Below are positions 54,930 through 64,000 of a stretch of DNA of 64,000 nt, piece by piece. Positions within the stretch are counted from its first letter, which is position 1, and each line of letters begins with the position of its first letter. The notes under the pieces are model-generated. The model had not been told where the DNA came from and did not search any database. It saw only the letters and a program-made list of their open reading frames with translations. A program made the position numbers and the translations under genes. Source of the stretch: Candidatus Hydrothermarchaeales archaeon (lineage in GTDB: Archaea; Hydrothermarchaeota; Hydrothermarchaeia; Hydrothermarchaeales; JAZGAD01); NCBI GenBank assembly GCA_036444275.1, contig JAZGAD010000053.1, positions 1-64,000 of the forward strand, in the 5' to 3' direction.

Positions 54930-56318
54930 TTAAGGCATTACGAAGAGAAAGACGAAGACTGAAGTTAAAAACCCGATGAAAATCGTTATAGGCAGCGCTG
55001 CTTTGAGCGCCCTTTCTCTGAAGTACTCAACAGATATCTTCCATACTATCTGCGTAGACAAGACGCCACCGATCAAAAATGAGAGGAGCTGTACGTAGGG
55101 CACAAGGCCAGAGAAGTAGGGCCTCCACGAGTAATTTGCTGTGCCAAATATATTCCATCCCCATCCAAAGGGATCTGATACAACAGAAACTATGTAAGAA
55201 CCATTTATCATGAGCATCCCTATAACGAAGCCTACCCACGCCATAAAGCCCAGTGGAACTAGTGAGTAGGAATAGCCTATGAATATGTCGTTAAGAGATG
55301 TACCTTTATCTCCAGCCACTGTTTTAGCGATCCATGCAAAGATAAGCTGCATACCCGGCAGAACTACTAGGGAAACCCCTGAGAGTATGGCTGCAAATAT
55401 AAAGACATTACTCCAGTTCAGCTTCATTGAGAGAAACACAGCGTCACTGAAATTGATAAGCTCCTTCAGTTCCGCCCACCATCCAAAATAGGCTGCTGAG
55501 TAGACAATGACAGAGCCGAGCATTACGAAGCCCTTGAAAGCCTCGTCAAGCCTCCTCTTTTCTAGAAGGCCTCCTCCGATAGTTTTTACTGTCATATTGT
55601 TATAAGCGCAACTCTTTATGCATTCTAGGCACATGCCGCAGTACGAGTTTTTCTTCATACCCCCCGGGTAAATCAGCCACGGGCATCCGTATCCCCGTTC
55701 GTTCCCCTTCATGCACGTCTTCAATGTGCATTTTTTACATATGCCCTTATCCTTAGACCTGATCCCGAGGACACCGAGATTCGAATATAATCCTAGGAAT
55801 CCGCCTAGCGGACAGACGAATCTGCAGAAGATCTTACCAGGCCTGCCTTTTTTGAATGAGAGGTCAACTGTAAGTGCCAAGAACATGAAGAGTAAAAGTG
55901 CAACTACACTAGCGTCGGGCATTGTCAGTATCAAGGGGCTGAATGTTGCAATAGCAAGAAAGCCTAGATTCTGAAGCCAGATATTGTCTAACCTCTTAGG
56001 CCATTTGTATCCCAGATTGATTATTCTGTCTGATTTCCTTACTATTGAAAGCCTCCCCAGCCACTCAGCAGGTGCAGTGATCGGGCAGACCATGCACCAG
56101 ATACGCCCACCCAATGGTATGAGGAGGACCATGAGGAAGAAGAACCAGAGTATCCATATGAGCACGACAGAGGCGTTTCTGTTCCCGGCAGGGGTCCCGA
56201 CAATACCAGCTAGTATAACTATCTCGAAGAATGCAAGAGCCACGAGTAAGAGGATGGGTCGAAATAGCCGGGAATTCGCTAGCCTTCTTATTATGCCAAA
56301 TCCTAAGAGATCAGTCAT
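54930..56318 (-). CDS. NapH/NosR-like membrane polyferredoxin
   Basis: GRIWCMVCP, FCRFVCP, CKKC...C...CPW, CGMCLECIKSC. Confidence 0.85.
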   Translation of the reverse strand: MTDLLGFGIIRRLANSRLFRPILLLVALAFFEIVILAGIVGTPAGNRNASVVLIWILWFFFLMVLLIPLGGRIWCMVCPITAPAEWLGRLSIVRKSDRIINLGYKWPKRLDNIWLQNLGFLAIATFSPLILTMPDASVVALLLFMFLALTVDLSFKKGRPGKIFCRFVCPLGGFLGLYSNLGVLGIRSKDKGICKKCTLKTCMKGNERGYGCPWLIYPGGMKKNSYCGMCLECIKSCAYNNMTVKTIGGGLLEKRRLDEAFKGFVMLGSVIVYSAAYFGWWAELKELINFSDAVFLSMKLNWSNVFIFAAILSGVSLVVLPGMQLIFAWIAKTVAGDKGTSLNDIFIGYSYSLVPLGFMAWVGFVIGMLMINGSYIVSVVSDPFGWGWNIFGTANYSWRPYFSGLVPYVQLLSFLIGGVLSTQIVWKISVEYFRERALKAALPITIFIGFLTSVFVFLFVMP

Positions 56319-56769
56319 CTCTTCCTCCGTCTTTCAAATAGAGGTATGCAAGAGTTGCAAAGGGAGCCCCGAAGGCAAGAAAGGTAGAAACTGTGAACCT
56401 GTGATTCGGCTCAACCACGAGCTTCCCAACCATGAAAGGGTGCAAAGAGCCGCATACTACAGAGCACCTCGTCTTGAAGGTTCCCGGCTTGTCTGCGACA
56501 AATTCCAATACCTTGATCTCAATGTGTCCCACTTCCTCGCCTATGTCATAGCCGTCTATGTAGAATCCATGCTGAAGGTCTATCCCCTCAAGGTAAAGCC
56601 TGACTCTGTCGCCTTCGTTCACCCTGATAACCTCAGGGGTGAACGTGAATCTCTTGAGCTTTACATGGATCTCCTTTACATTTTCTTTAGCATGCACATC
56701 CACGCTTCTTAGCATGCTTATTGAGGCAGCGGCGAAAAGCGTCTTAAGAAATCTGCGTCTCGTTAGCAT
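56311..56769 (-). CDS. Tat-exported CuA-type cupredoxin with C-terminal anchor
   Basis: TRRRFLK signal; HGF...CSVVCGSLHPFM; terminal TM. Confidence 0.85.
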   Translation of the reverse strand: MLTRRRFLKTLFAAASISMLRSVDVHAKENVKEIHVKLKRFTFTPEVIRVNEGDRVRLYLEGIDLQHGFYIDGYDIGEEVGHIEIKVLEFVADKPGTFKTRCSVVCGSLHPFMVGKLVVEPNHRFTVSTFLAFGAPFATLAYLYLKDGGRDD

Positions 56770-56773
56770 ATCT

Positions 56774-57247
56774 TCACCTAGGCTCTACGATCAATTTACC
56801 TTTCATTTCAAGATGCCCAAATCCACAGGAGCGGACGTTGCAGCGGAAAGGAAATTCTCCACTATGATCTGCAACAAATTTTACTATTTTTACCTTTCCA
56901 GGATAGATCATCTCAGATATATTGTAAAAGGGCAGATAGAATCCATGAACTAAGTCAACCGATGTTATATAAAGTGTAACAGTCTCTCCTTCTGTGACTA
57001 CTATTTCATTCTTTTTCTTATTTGTGTCACGAAAATTCCATCCCCCCTCGTTGATCAACCATACCCCTGGTTCCAAGCCAAAAGGGTTATAACCAACGAC
57101 ATTTATTGCCACAGCATCTCTATGTGGCTGATAGTTCAGGGTATAGTAAGGGATAGTGATTAAAAGCAGAGCAGCTGCTACGACGAATATTGGTTCAATA
57201 TACTTGTATTCGGTCAATTCCTGCCTCCATGCATACCGGGTATCCAA
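56774..57247 (-). CDS. Membrane-anchored COX2-like cupredoxin
   Basis: SVDLVHGF...CNVRSCGFGHLEM. Confidence 0.82.
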   Translation of the reverse strand: MDTRYAWRQELTEYKYIEPIFVVAAALLLITIPYYTLNYQPHRDAVAINVVGYNPFGLEPGVWLINEGGWNFRDTNKKKNEIVVTEGETVTLYITSVDLVHGFYLPFYNISEMIYPGKVKIVKFVADHSGEFPFRCNVRSCGFGHLEMKGKLIVEPR

Positions 57248-57257
57248 TTCACTAAGC

Positions 57258-58019
57258 TTACTTGCCCAGCAACAGCTCGCTCTCTAAATCAGGGAAGTAT
57301 GGTAGGAGTCTCGTCTGTACGAGTCGATCCACCCCGAAGAGTATTGCGATACCTGTGAGTATTAGCACCCAGCCTGCGAGCTTTTTTATAAGAAGAGAAT
57401 TACGCTTGACCCACTCGATTTTGCTGGAAGTATACTTCCCGCCATAGGCGATGGCAAGCATAGGCAATCCTAACCCAATAGAGTAGGAGAGAAGCAGTAG
57501 TGAGCCTCGTATCATACTCCCTTGGACAATGGCGAACGCCAAAACTGACCCTAATATGGGCCCAACACAGGGAATCCATACTATGCCAAGGGATAAACCC
57601 AAGAGAAAAGCACTAGCCAGTGGGTGGGACTCATAGGCTATTTTATCCCTTTGATAAAAGTCAGAGAGCCCCCTCCTGAATAAGGAGTGGAATCTGTTCA
57701 CGAGGGCAGATGAATACCTGGCATAAAAGTCGTAGATATCCTCGTCGACCATAACTGCACCCAAGGCAATTATCACGGCCACGAAAATAAGTCTAAGAGT
57801 ATCCCTCCCGGCTCCAACGGCTATTCCTATAGCTGAGAATAAGCCGCCCATAAGGGTGAAAGTTACGGAGCTTCCTAGGACTATGAAGAGGGGCCTCAAC
57901 CTATGCCCAACGCTACCCGCGAGCATTGGAGGTAAGATGGGTATCACGCAGGGGGTAGCTATAGTCAATACTCCAGCAACAAATGCCAGAAGCATCGTGG
58001 GTTCCGGGAGAGTGGCCAT
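57258..58019 (-). CDS. ccdA: Cytochrome c biogenesis protein CcdA
   Basis: TPCVIPILP and WIPCVGPILG. Confidence 0.9.
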   Translation of the reverse strand: MATLPEPTMLLAFVAGVLTIATPCVIPILPPMLAGSVGHRLRPLFIVLGSSVTFTLMGGLFSAIGIAVGAGRDTLRLIFVAVIIALGAVMVDEDIYDFYARYSSALVNRFHSLFRRGLSDFYQRDKIAYESHPLASAFLLGLSLGIVWIPCVGPILGSVLAFAIVQGSMIRGSLLLLSYSIGLGLPMLAIAYGGKYTSSKIEWVKRNSLLIKKLAGWVLILTGIAILFGVDRLVQTRLLPYFPDLESELLLGK

Positions 58020-58047
58020 CGTCTATCACCTGAATTTAGTTTAGATA

Positions 58048-60426
58048 TCATTTAATCTTATATCTCGGGTCGAAGATGATTATCATAATTATGCTCACCG
58101 CGAATAAAATTACCCCTAGCCACGTAAGGTTTATCAGGGGCTTTATCTTTACATCAAGGGGTATCGAGTCACCGCTGAAGCCAGTGAATATCACATAGAC
58201 ATCGCCGTAGAGACCGCGGTCTATCATCACCTTCTTGGCATCGCCATTCTTATACTGGATCAGCCTCGCTACTCCTTCCCCTATCTTGCTTGTACCTTTG
58301 TAGACCACCAGTCTAACCTCCTGCGTGGTGGAGAAGACTTTTTCCTCCTCTTCGTAGCTCCTAATATTACTGGAGAACAGGACTAAATCAAAGGTCTTGT
58401 TCAGGGTATCGCTTTTGAAATCCGCCATCAAGAAGCCGCTGGCCACCAGCCTTGTGTCTACTGGTATTTCTGCATCTATTCTATCCACAGCCACCCAAAG
58501 CTCTCTATTACCTTCCACCAGCTTCAAGTAGGTGATGTGCTCAGTGTTTACCACCTCGCCCACAGCACCCCGAATGAGGTAGTCATCTCTCAACTGGACA
58601 GCCAAGTCGGCGTAGAATTCCGAGATGCTCATACCCGGCGGCAACTTTTGCTCATTACTATCTTCGTATTGCTTTGTGATGTCGTAGCTTATCAGTTGCA
58701 CACCGTAGGGGGTGCCCTGAACCTGTGACACTACACCCTTGCTGGCCTTATTGACAGTTATAGAGAACCCAGAGTCAAACATCGAACTAAACACTACCCC
58801 AATAAAGATCAGGACGATTGAAGCGTGAATGACTATTACGCTCAGTTCGACGATCTTATAGTTCCTGCCCTTGAGTTTACGCAGCCTCTCTATTCCCCTC
58901 TCAACTATGGAGTAGATCAAATAGATGGAGGGGGGGAATATGCTCAGGGCAGAGATAGAACCAACTAGGGTATAAAAGAAGGGCTTCTCAGGGCTTATTA
59001 TTGCAGAATAATCTACTATGTTCCAGGCCTCATTAGGACGATACACAGCTGCGATGATAGTTAAGGCTGAGAAGAAAGTAAAGTAAGTGAGGCATTTCTT
59101 CTTGGTAGAAGCCTTATAATTGAAGCAGAGTCCTCCAAGGAGTAAGAGGACTATAAATAGGGGATAGCTCCAGATATTGAAAAAGGCCAGACCCACACCA
59201 TACTTCTTACCGGTGAAGAGCTTAGTCAGAGCCGGGAAGGTTACCCCCCAGAAGGATATGACGGTCAGAATAATAAAAATAAGAATTGATAGATAAAAGA
59301 TATTGGTCTTAGTGATATAGGAAGTCTCTATTCTTTCCTCAGCGTCTTCTACGACTAGGTATCTAATCACTGCTAGTCCAATAGGCAGGACGAACGCGAT
59401 TATAGTTAGAGCCACAAGATAGAATCCAACGCCTCCAGCCGCAAAAGCATGAACGCTTTCAAAGAAGCCACTCCTAGTCACTAAAGTAGCGTATACCACC
59501 AGAGTGAAGGTCATAGCGACAAGGGTTGGAGCTAGGAGCACGTACCTCCTCTTGTTTCGCCGGTGTTCAACAAGGGTATGCATCGCGCCTGTTAGTATGA
59601 GCCACGGTATGAGGGGAGCGGTCTCTACTGGGTCCCATGCCCAGAAGCCGCCCCAGCCCAGCACCTGGTATGCCCATATGCCACCGACGGCTATCGCAAG
59701 CGTTAGGAAGAGCCAGGATATCCGGCACCACAGCATGATGTGGGGTAGAAGCTGGCGCAGCCCTTCTTCTCCTTTCCCTCTAATGGACTTGAATAGATAG
59801 ACCACTGAAATTGCAAATGGATTGGTTGTAGCTGCATAGGCTATGAACATGAGCATCGGGTGAATAGTCATCCAAGGGTCAATTAACAATGGGTTGAGGC
59901 TATTGCCATCCTCTGGTATAAAGGTCTTAGGTAGGTCTGGGTAAAGGTTGTAGATGGTCTTGAAGGGGGAGTCCAACTTTGTTAAGAACACGAAGTACAA
60001 GCCTATGAATAGGACCACTATCAACGTCTTGTCTATGAAGTCCTTGTTAGCTCCCTTCCGCTCGCTCAGCCACAGGCCACCGACAGCGATGAGGAAGGCC
60101 CAGAATAGCATTGTCCCCTGCTGTCCAGCCAGAGTTCCAGCTAGTTTGTAATAGATGGGTAAACCTTTACTGGTGAATGCCCAGACGTAGTTTATACTGA
60201 AATTGGTGGTGACGAAGTAGTAGGTAAGCAGGGCGTAATCGATCGCTAGAAGGAGAGTGAATACCCTGATCAGCCACGTCACCGGCCTATCGAAGGATCT
60301 ATCCTTGAATCTCTGCCCAGCCAGGAGAAGGAGAAGTGCTAAGGCCCCAACAGGTATGCTGGCATAGAGAATATGGTCTCCAACGTCTAATTCAATAATA
60401 TGGGTTATCGTGCTTCCTATGTCCAC
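58048..60426 (-). CDS. ccmF: CcmF/NrfE-type heme lyase with inserted OB-like domain
   Basis: LNPLL..P.M.IHP, WGGFWAWDPVE, TRSG...SVHAF; probable GTG start at 60426 after GGAGG (ORF open to 60462). Confidence 0.88.
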   Translation of the reverse strand: MDIGSTITHIIELDVGDHILYASIPVGALALLLLLAGQRFKDRSFDRPVTWLIRVFTLLLAIDYALLTYYFVTTNFSINYVWAFTSKGLPIYYKLAGTLAGQQGTMLFWAFLIAVGGLWLSERKGANKDFIDKTLIVVLFIGLYFVFLTKLDSPFKTIYNLYPDLPKTFIPEDGNSLNPLLIDPWMTIHPMLMFIAYAATTNPFAISVVYLFKSIRGKGEEGLRQLLPHIMLWCRISWLFLTLAIAVGGIWAYQVLGWGGFWAWDPVETAPLIPWLILTGAMHTLVEHRRNKRRYVLLAPTLVAMTFTLVVYATLVTRSGFFESVHAFAAGGVGFYLVALTIIAFVLPIGLAVIRYLVVEDAEERIETSYITKTNIFYLSILIFIILTVISFWGVTFPALTKLFTGKKYGVGLAFFNIWSYPLFIVLLLLGGLCFNYKASTKKKCLTYFTFFSALTIIAAVYRPNEAWNIVDYSAIISPEKPFFYTLVGSISALSIFPPSIYLIYSIVERGIERLRKLKGRNYKIVELSVIVIHASIVLIFIGVVFSSMFDSGFSITVNKASKGVVSQVQGTPYGVQLISYDITKQYEDSNEQKLPPGMSISEFYADLAVQLRDDYLIRGAVGEVVNTEHITYLKLVEGNRELWVAVDRIDAEIPVDTRLVASGFLMADFKSDTLNKTFDLVLFSSNIRSYEEEEKVFSTTQEVRLVVYKGTSKIGEGVARLIQYKNGDAKKVMIDRGLYGDVYVIFTGFSGDSIPLDVKIKPLINLTWLGVILFAVSIIMIIIFDPRYKIK

Positions 60427-60439
60427 CTGGTTTCCTCCA

Positions 60440-60931
60440 CTAAGAATGGGGTAATTCTCCAAATACTAACTGCCTTTGATGTCCCTCTGCAATGCTCCTG
60501 AGGATAGGCGCCAACTGCTCAACTGATACGTAGCCCGGAATCCTTGTTATAGTATCTCCATCTCGCGTAAGGAAGAGCAGATGGGGGGGATATGAAATTC
60601 CAAATTTATTTGCGTCTCCCCTATTCGTATCTAGGTCCACGGCGACTAGGACGAAATGTTCCGTCAGTAAACTATAGATCTCTGGATCAGGATATACCTC
60701 GGTGTGCAGTTTCTCGCAGTACCGGCACCACATAGCCCAGACATAGAGCAATATGGGCTTGTTCTCGATCTCTGCTACGCTCTTGCCCGCCTCGTAGGTA
60801 TTGTACCACGTTAGCCCGCTGATATATGTGTAGTTTGCATCGCTAATTAAAGGGGACGCGTTAATAGAGTAATATATGAATAACATCACAGTCACCAAGG
60901 CTGCTATACTGATAACCTTCTTGGGTTTCAT
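60440..60931 (-). CDS. Membrane-anchored thioredoxin-fold protein
   Basis: N-terminal TM; WCRYC; YPP. Confidence 0.85.
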   Translation of the reverse strand: MKPKKVISIAALVTVMLFIYYSINASPLISDANYTYISGLTWYNTYEAGKSVAEIENKPILLYVWAMWCRYCEKLHTEVYPDPEIYSLLTEHFVLVAVDLDTNRGDANKFGISYPPHLLFLTRDGDTITRIPGYVSVEQLAPILRSIAEGHQRQLVFGELPHS

Positions 60932-60975
60932 GTTTCTTCAACTCCTGTTTAACATCTCCATACTAAATAAATAAT

Positions 60976-61257
60976 CTACTTCACCACCAGGTAAAGGAGG
61001 ACCCCTAAGCCTATGAATTCGAATGCAGAGGCGGCTGCATGGAATCCCTCTACAGGGCACTGCTGTATACTACCCAAAACAGAGTAAAGAAGAGGGCAAG
61101 AGAACACCGCGTCCAAGAGAAAGATGAGGACAAAGATTATCAATCCAAGGGTGAATTTAGACTTGACCTCCCGGTAGCTCTGAGCGAAGACATAGAGAAG
61201 GGCTATAAGCAGGATTATATTCCCAACTGAGATGGCTGTATATATCTCGTGTATCAT
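60976..61257 (-). CDS. Small 3-TM membrane protein
   Basis: N..LL..LLY...Y...KSKFTLGL..F pattern; follows the wHTH gene. Confidence 0.75.
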   Translation of the reverse strand: MIHEIYTAISVGNIILLIALLYVFAQSYREVKSKFTLGLIIFVLIFLLDAVFSCPLLYSVLGSIQQCPVEGFHAAASAFEFIGLGVLLYLVVK

Positions 61258-61284
61258 TGTCTCTCCCTATCCTTATACTTTTAA

Positions 61285-61566
61285 TTACTTTTTCCCAATT
61301 TTCTCCCAGATTTCTTGAAAGAGTTCGAAGTTCTCTTCCATCTCCTCCGTTAGGAAATAAGGCGTGCCGTATTTTTCTCCAGCTGTGGTGAGTATCTTAT
61401 TATCCACCAAGATATCCAGGTGGTGCCTCACGGTCTTATAGTCTAATTTGAGTCTATCTGCCAGCTGATTTGCATTATAAGGACGCTTCTCCAATTCTAT
61501 GATTATCCTAGCTCTAGTCGCTCCCCCTCTAGTACCAGCGAGCAACCACCATAGGACGCGTTTCAT
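61285..61566 (-). CDS. ArsR-like wHTH regulator, resembling the TFB-RF1 (PF1088) family
   Basis: WWLLAGTRGG.TRARII, NANQLA, DYKTVRHHL, YG..YF. Confidence 0.75.
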   Translation of the reverse strand: MKRVLWWLLAGTRGGATRARIIIELEKRPYNANQLADRLKLDYKTVRHHLDILVDNKILTTAGEKYGTPYFLTEEMEENFELFQEIWEKIGKK

Positions 61567-61587
61567 GCGTTATGATTAGGAAAGCCT

Positions 61588-62592
61588 CTACTTAAACCAC
61601 TCGATGGTACTTTTAAGCCCCTCTTTAAGCGGGACCCTTGGCTTCCAGTCCAAGAGCCTCTTCGCCTTAGTTATATCTGGGCACCGCCTCTTGGGATCGT
61701 CCTTGGGCAAGGGATAGAATGTTATCTCAGATCTGGAGTTGGTCAGTTCTTTTATGAGTTTAGCTAAATCCAAAATATTCGTCTCTTTATCGCTCCCTAG
61801 ATTTACTACTTCGCTTTCAGCCTCATCAATAGCCGCGAGCTTCAGGATGCCTTCCACCTCGTCGGTGACATAGGTGAAGGAACGTGTCTGCGTACCATTC
61901 CCGAAGACTGTTATAGGCTCACCTTTGAGTGCTTGGTCGATGAACCTAGGTACCGCTCTACCGTAGATGTCCCCTGCCCGCATAAGGGGGCCATATGTAT
62001 TAAAGATCCTGACTATTCGCGTGTCTAACCCATGTTGCAGCTCGTACGCTTTGACGAAGGACTCTCCAGCTCGCTTGGCCTCGTCGTAGCAGCTTCTTGG
62101 GCCTACAGGGTTCACATTTCCATTGTAGCTCTCCGATGTCGGAATAAACCTCGGGTCAGCATCACCGTAGATTTCACTGGTAGATGTGTACAGGAAGCGT
62201 GCGCTATGCTTCTTAGCTATCCCCAAGGCTATCCATATCCCTAATGTGTTAGCCTTAAGAATCTGTATTGGGTGCTTTTCAAATTCAAAGGGAGATGCCC
62301 TGCTCGCAAGGTGCATCACAATATCAAATTTTTTATCCAGTTCTATAGGCCGGGAGATATCATGCTCTATGAACTCGAAGTTCTCTTTCCCGCGTAAACC
62401 TGCAATGTTCTTAGATCGACCGCTGGCCAGGTTATCTATACAGGTGACTTTTGCATTATGTTCTACTAGCACATTGCATATCCAAGAGCCGAGGAAGCCG
62501 GCTCCACCTGTAATTAGAACCTTTCTACCCTCGAAAGAAAGATTATCTTTATTTAAAGCTTCAACTATCGCTGAGATATCCTCGTCAATCAC
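61588..62592 (-). CDS. UDP-glucuronate decarboxylase (UXS-like)
   Basis: GGAGFLG, HLAS.ASP, STSEIYG, GPRSCYDEAKR, DDPKRRCPDI. Confidence 0.88.
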   Translation of the reverse strand: MIDEDISAIVEALNKDNLSFEGRKVLITGGAGFLGSWICNVLVEHNAKVTCIDNLASGRSKNIAGLRGKENFEFIEHDISRPIELDKKFDIVMHLASRASPFEFEKHPIQILKANTLGIWIALGIAKKHSARFLYTSTSEIYGDADPRFIPTSESYNGNVNPVGPRSCYDEAKRAGESFVKAYELQHGLDTRIVRIFNTYGPLMRAGDIYGRAVPRFIDQALKGEPITVFGNGTQTRSFTYVTDEVEGILKLAAIDEAESEVVNLGSDKETNILDLAKLIKELTNSRSEITFYPLPKDDPKRRCPDITKAKRLLDWKPRVPLKEGLKSTIEWFK

Positions 62593-63455
62593 TGAAGACC
62601 ACTCTCACTCAGCAACTCGTTTAAATATCCTTCTAAGTCCTCCCGTATCTCAGGGTTATCTAAAGCTATCTCAATGGAACTCTTAAGCCAGTCCAGTTTG
62701 TTCCCTATGTCGTATCTCTTTCCCTTGAACTCATAGGCATATATTTCCTGCTTATCCTTCAAAAGATGCAATGCATCTGTAAGCTGGATCTCCCCACCAA
62801 CTCCCGGCTCCACTCGCTCTATGCAGTCAAAAATCTCTGGGGTAAGGAGGTACCTACCAATTATCCCAAGATCAGAGGGCGCTTCTTCTGGAGTGGGCTT
62901 CTCCACTAGATCTAAAATTTTATAAATGTCATCAATAGGCTTTGCCTCAATGATACCATAGCTTGATATCTTCTCCCTCTTAACCCGCTCAACCGCTATA
63001 ATAGAGGTTGAGTATCTATCGAATACTTCTACCAACTGCTTGGTGCATGGTACAGGAGCTATAGTTATGGTATCACCTAACAAGACGGCGAAGGGCTCAC
63101 CGCCTACGTATTTCTTGGCGCAGTATATAGCGTCTCCAAGGCCCAACTGCTCCTTCTGCCTAATAAAATGCAGGCTCGCTAGGTCCGAGATATCCTCTAT
63201 CTCCTTTAGAAAGTCATTCTTGTTCTTCTGCTTCAGGACCAATTCTAGCTCTACGGACTTATCGAAGTGGTCCTCTATAGCTCGCTTTCCTCTGCCTGTG
63301 ATTATCAAGATGTCCTCTATGCCAGAGGCTACCGCTTCTTCCACCACATATTGAATGGTAGGCTTATCGTATACCGGTAGCATCTCCTTGGGCTGGGCCT
63401 TCGTAGCAGGCAAAAACCGCGTTCCCAAACCACCTGCTGGTATAACCGCTTTCAT
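62589..63455 (-). CDS. galU: UTP-glucose-1-phosphate uridylyltransferase
   Basis: GGLGTRFLPATKAQPKEMLP, LGD, VEKP, GEIQLTDA. Confidence 0.95.
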   Translation of the reverse strand: MKAVIPAGGLGTRFLPATKAQPKEMLPVYDKPTIQYVVEEAVASGIEDILIITGRGKRAIEDHFDKSVELELVLKQKNKNDFLKEIEDISDLASLHFIRQKEQLGLGDAIYCAKKYVGGEPFAVLLGDTITIAPVPCTKQLVEVFDRYSTSIIAVERVKREKISSYGIIEAKPIDDIYKILDLVEKPTPEEAPSDLGIIGRYLLTPEIFDCIERVEPGVGGEIQLTDALHLLKDKQEIYAYEFKGKRYDIGNKLDWLKSSIEIALDNPEIREDLEGYLNELLSESGLQ

Positions 63456-63459
63456 AACC

Positions 63460-64000
63460 TCACCAACATATACCCTCGTAGTCGTCAGCTATCTTTGCTT
63501 CCTCTATCCTCCGCCCATCTATCACAATCTTCCCCTTATACAAATTCTCCTTCCTGAAGTCGTCCCATTCAGTAACGATAAGCACGTATTTCCCATGCTT
63601 CACAGCTTCCTCAGGCGAAGAGCAGTAGACGAGGCGTTCGTGCTCCCCAAAGATCTTCTTTGCCTCCTCCATAGCTTTAGGATCCGTAACATAGACCTTT
63701 GCCCCTTTCCTCAACAGGCTGTGGACAACTTTTATGGATTGGGCCTCCCGCATGTCATCAGTACCAGGTTTAAATGCCAATCCCAGGACTACTGTATCTA
63801 TCCCCTTTAAAGGTCCGGCCTTCTTTTCCAGTATTTCCACCATCCTCAATGCTTGGGCATCGTTTATCTCTAGGGCAGCATTCAACAGAGAGGGGCGATA
63901 GTAGACCTCTTGGGCTTTGCCCACTAATGCCTTGACATCTTTTGGAAAACACGATCCTCCGAATCCCAGACCAGAGTTAAGGAACTTCGGGGAGATCCTT
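63460..64000 (-). CDS. ugd: UDP-glucose/GDP-mannose dehydrogenase, 3' part (start lies beyond window)
   Basis: GLGFGGSCFPKDVKAL near 63930-63975; LGLAFKPGTDDMRE, TEW, DGR. Confidence 0.9.
   Translation of the reverse strand, partial: RISPKFLNSGLGFGGSCFPKDVKALVGKAQEVYYRPSLLNAALEINDAQALRMVEILEKKAGPLKGIDTVVLGLAFKPGTDDMREAQSIKVVHSLLRKGAKVYVTDPKAMEEAKKIFGEHERLVYCSSPEEAVKHGKYVLIVTEWDDFRKENLYKGKIVIDGRRIEEAKIADDYEGICW

Noticed and set aside
1-64000. CRISPR array, tRNA/rRNA genes, integrase or transposase
   Set aside because: No regularly spaced 25-40 bp repeats, tRNA/rRNA signatures or recombinase motifs seen by eye; short RNAs could have been missed

Overview
Archaeal (euryarchaeal-type) chromosomal DNA, judged from BRE/TATA promoters, GGAGG/GAGGT ribosome-binding sites and archaeal gene forms (CobY, archaeal CobT, CbiXS, Trm112, TrmB, MNT-HEPN). 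Left to right: (1) a mosaic surface-glycan region (1-14.3 kb) with SqdB/Agl3, a CysD-like protein, Wzz, epimerases, VanZ, several toxin-antitoxin modules and gene relics; (2) housekeeping genes; (3) a large anaerobic cobalamin biosynthesis and cobalt ECF cluster (17.4-34.2 kb); (4) feoB/DtxR and a PAS histidine kinase; (5) a tetrapyrrole operon interrupted by a defence islet; (6) a CuA-cupredoxin/polyferredoxin/CcdA/CcmF/PCYCGC cluster; (7) UDP-sugar genes. Best candidate for an undescribed system: a winged-HTH regulator fused to a transcobalamin-like (DUF4430-type) beta-grasp domain, divergent from the cobalamin cluster, with a TTAGC-N6-(G/A)GTAA site exactly 53 bp upstream of both cob transcription units and over its own promoter, i.e. 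a putative protein-based B12 sensor regulon. Second theme: TA cassettes bracketed by displaced, synonymously diverged gene 3' ends with no integrase nearby. All family calls come from motif recognition by eye; no searches were run.
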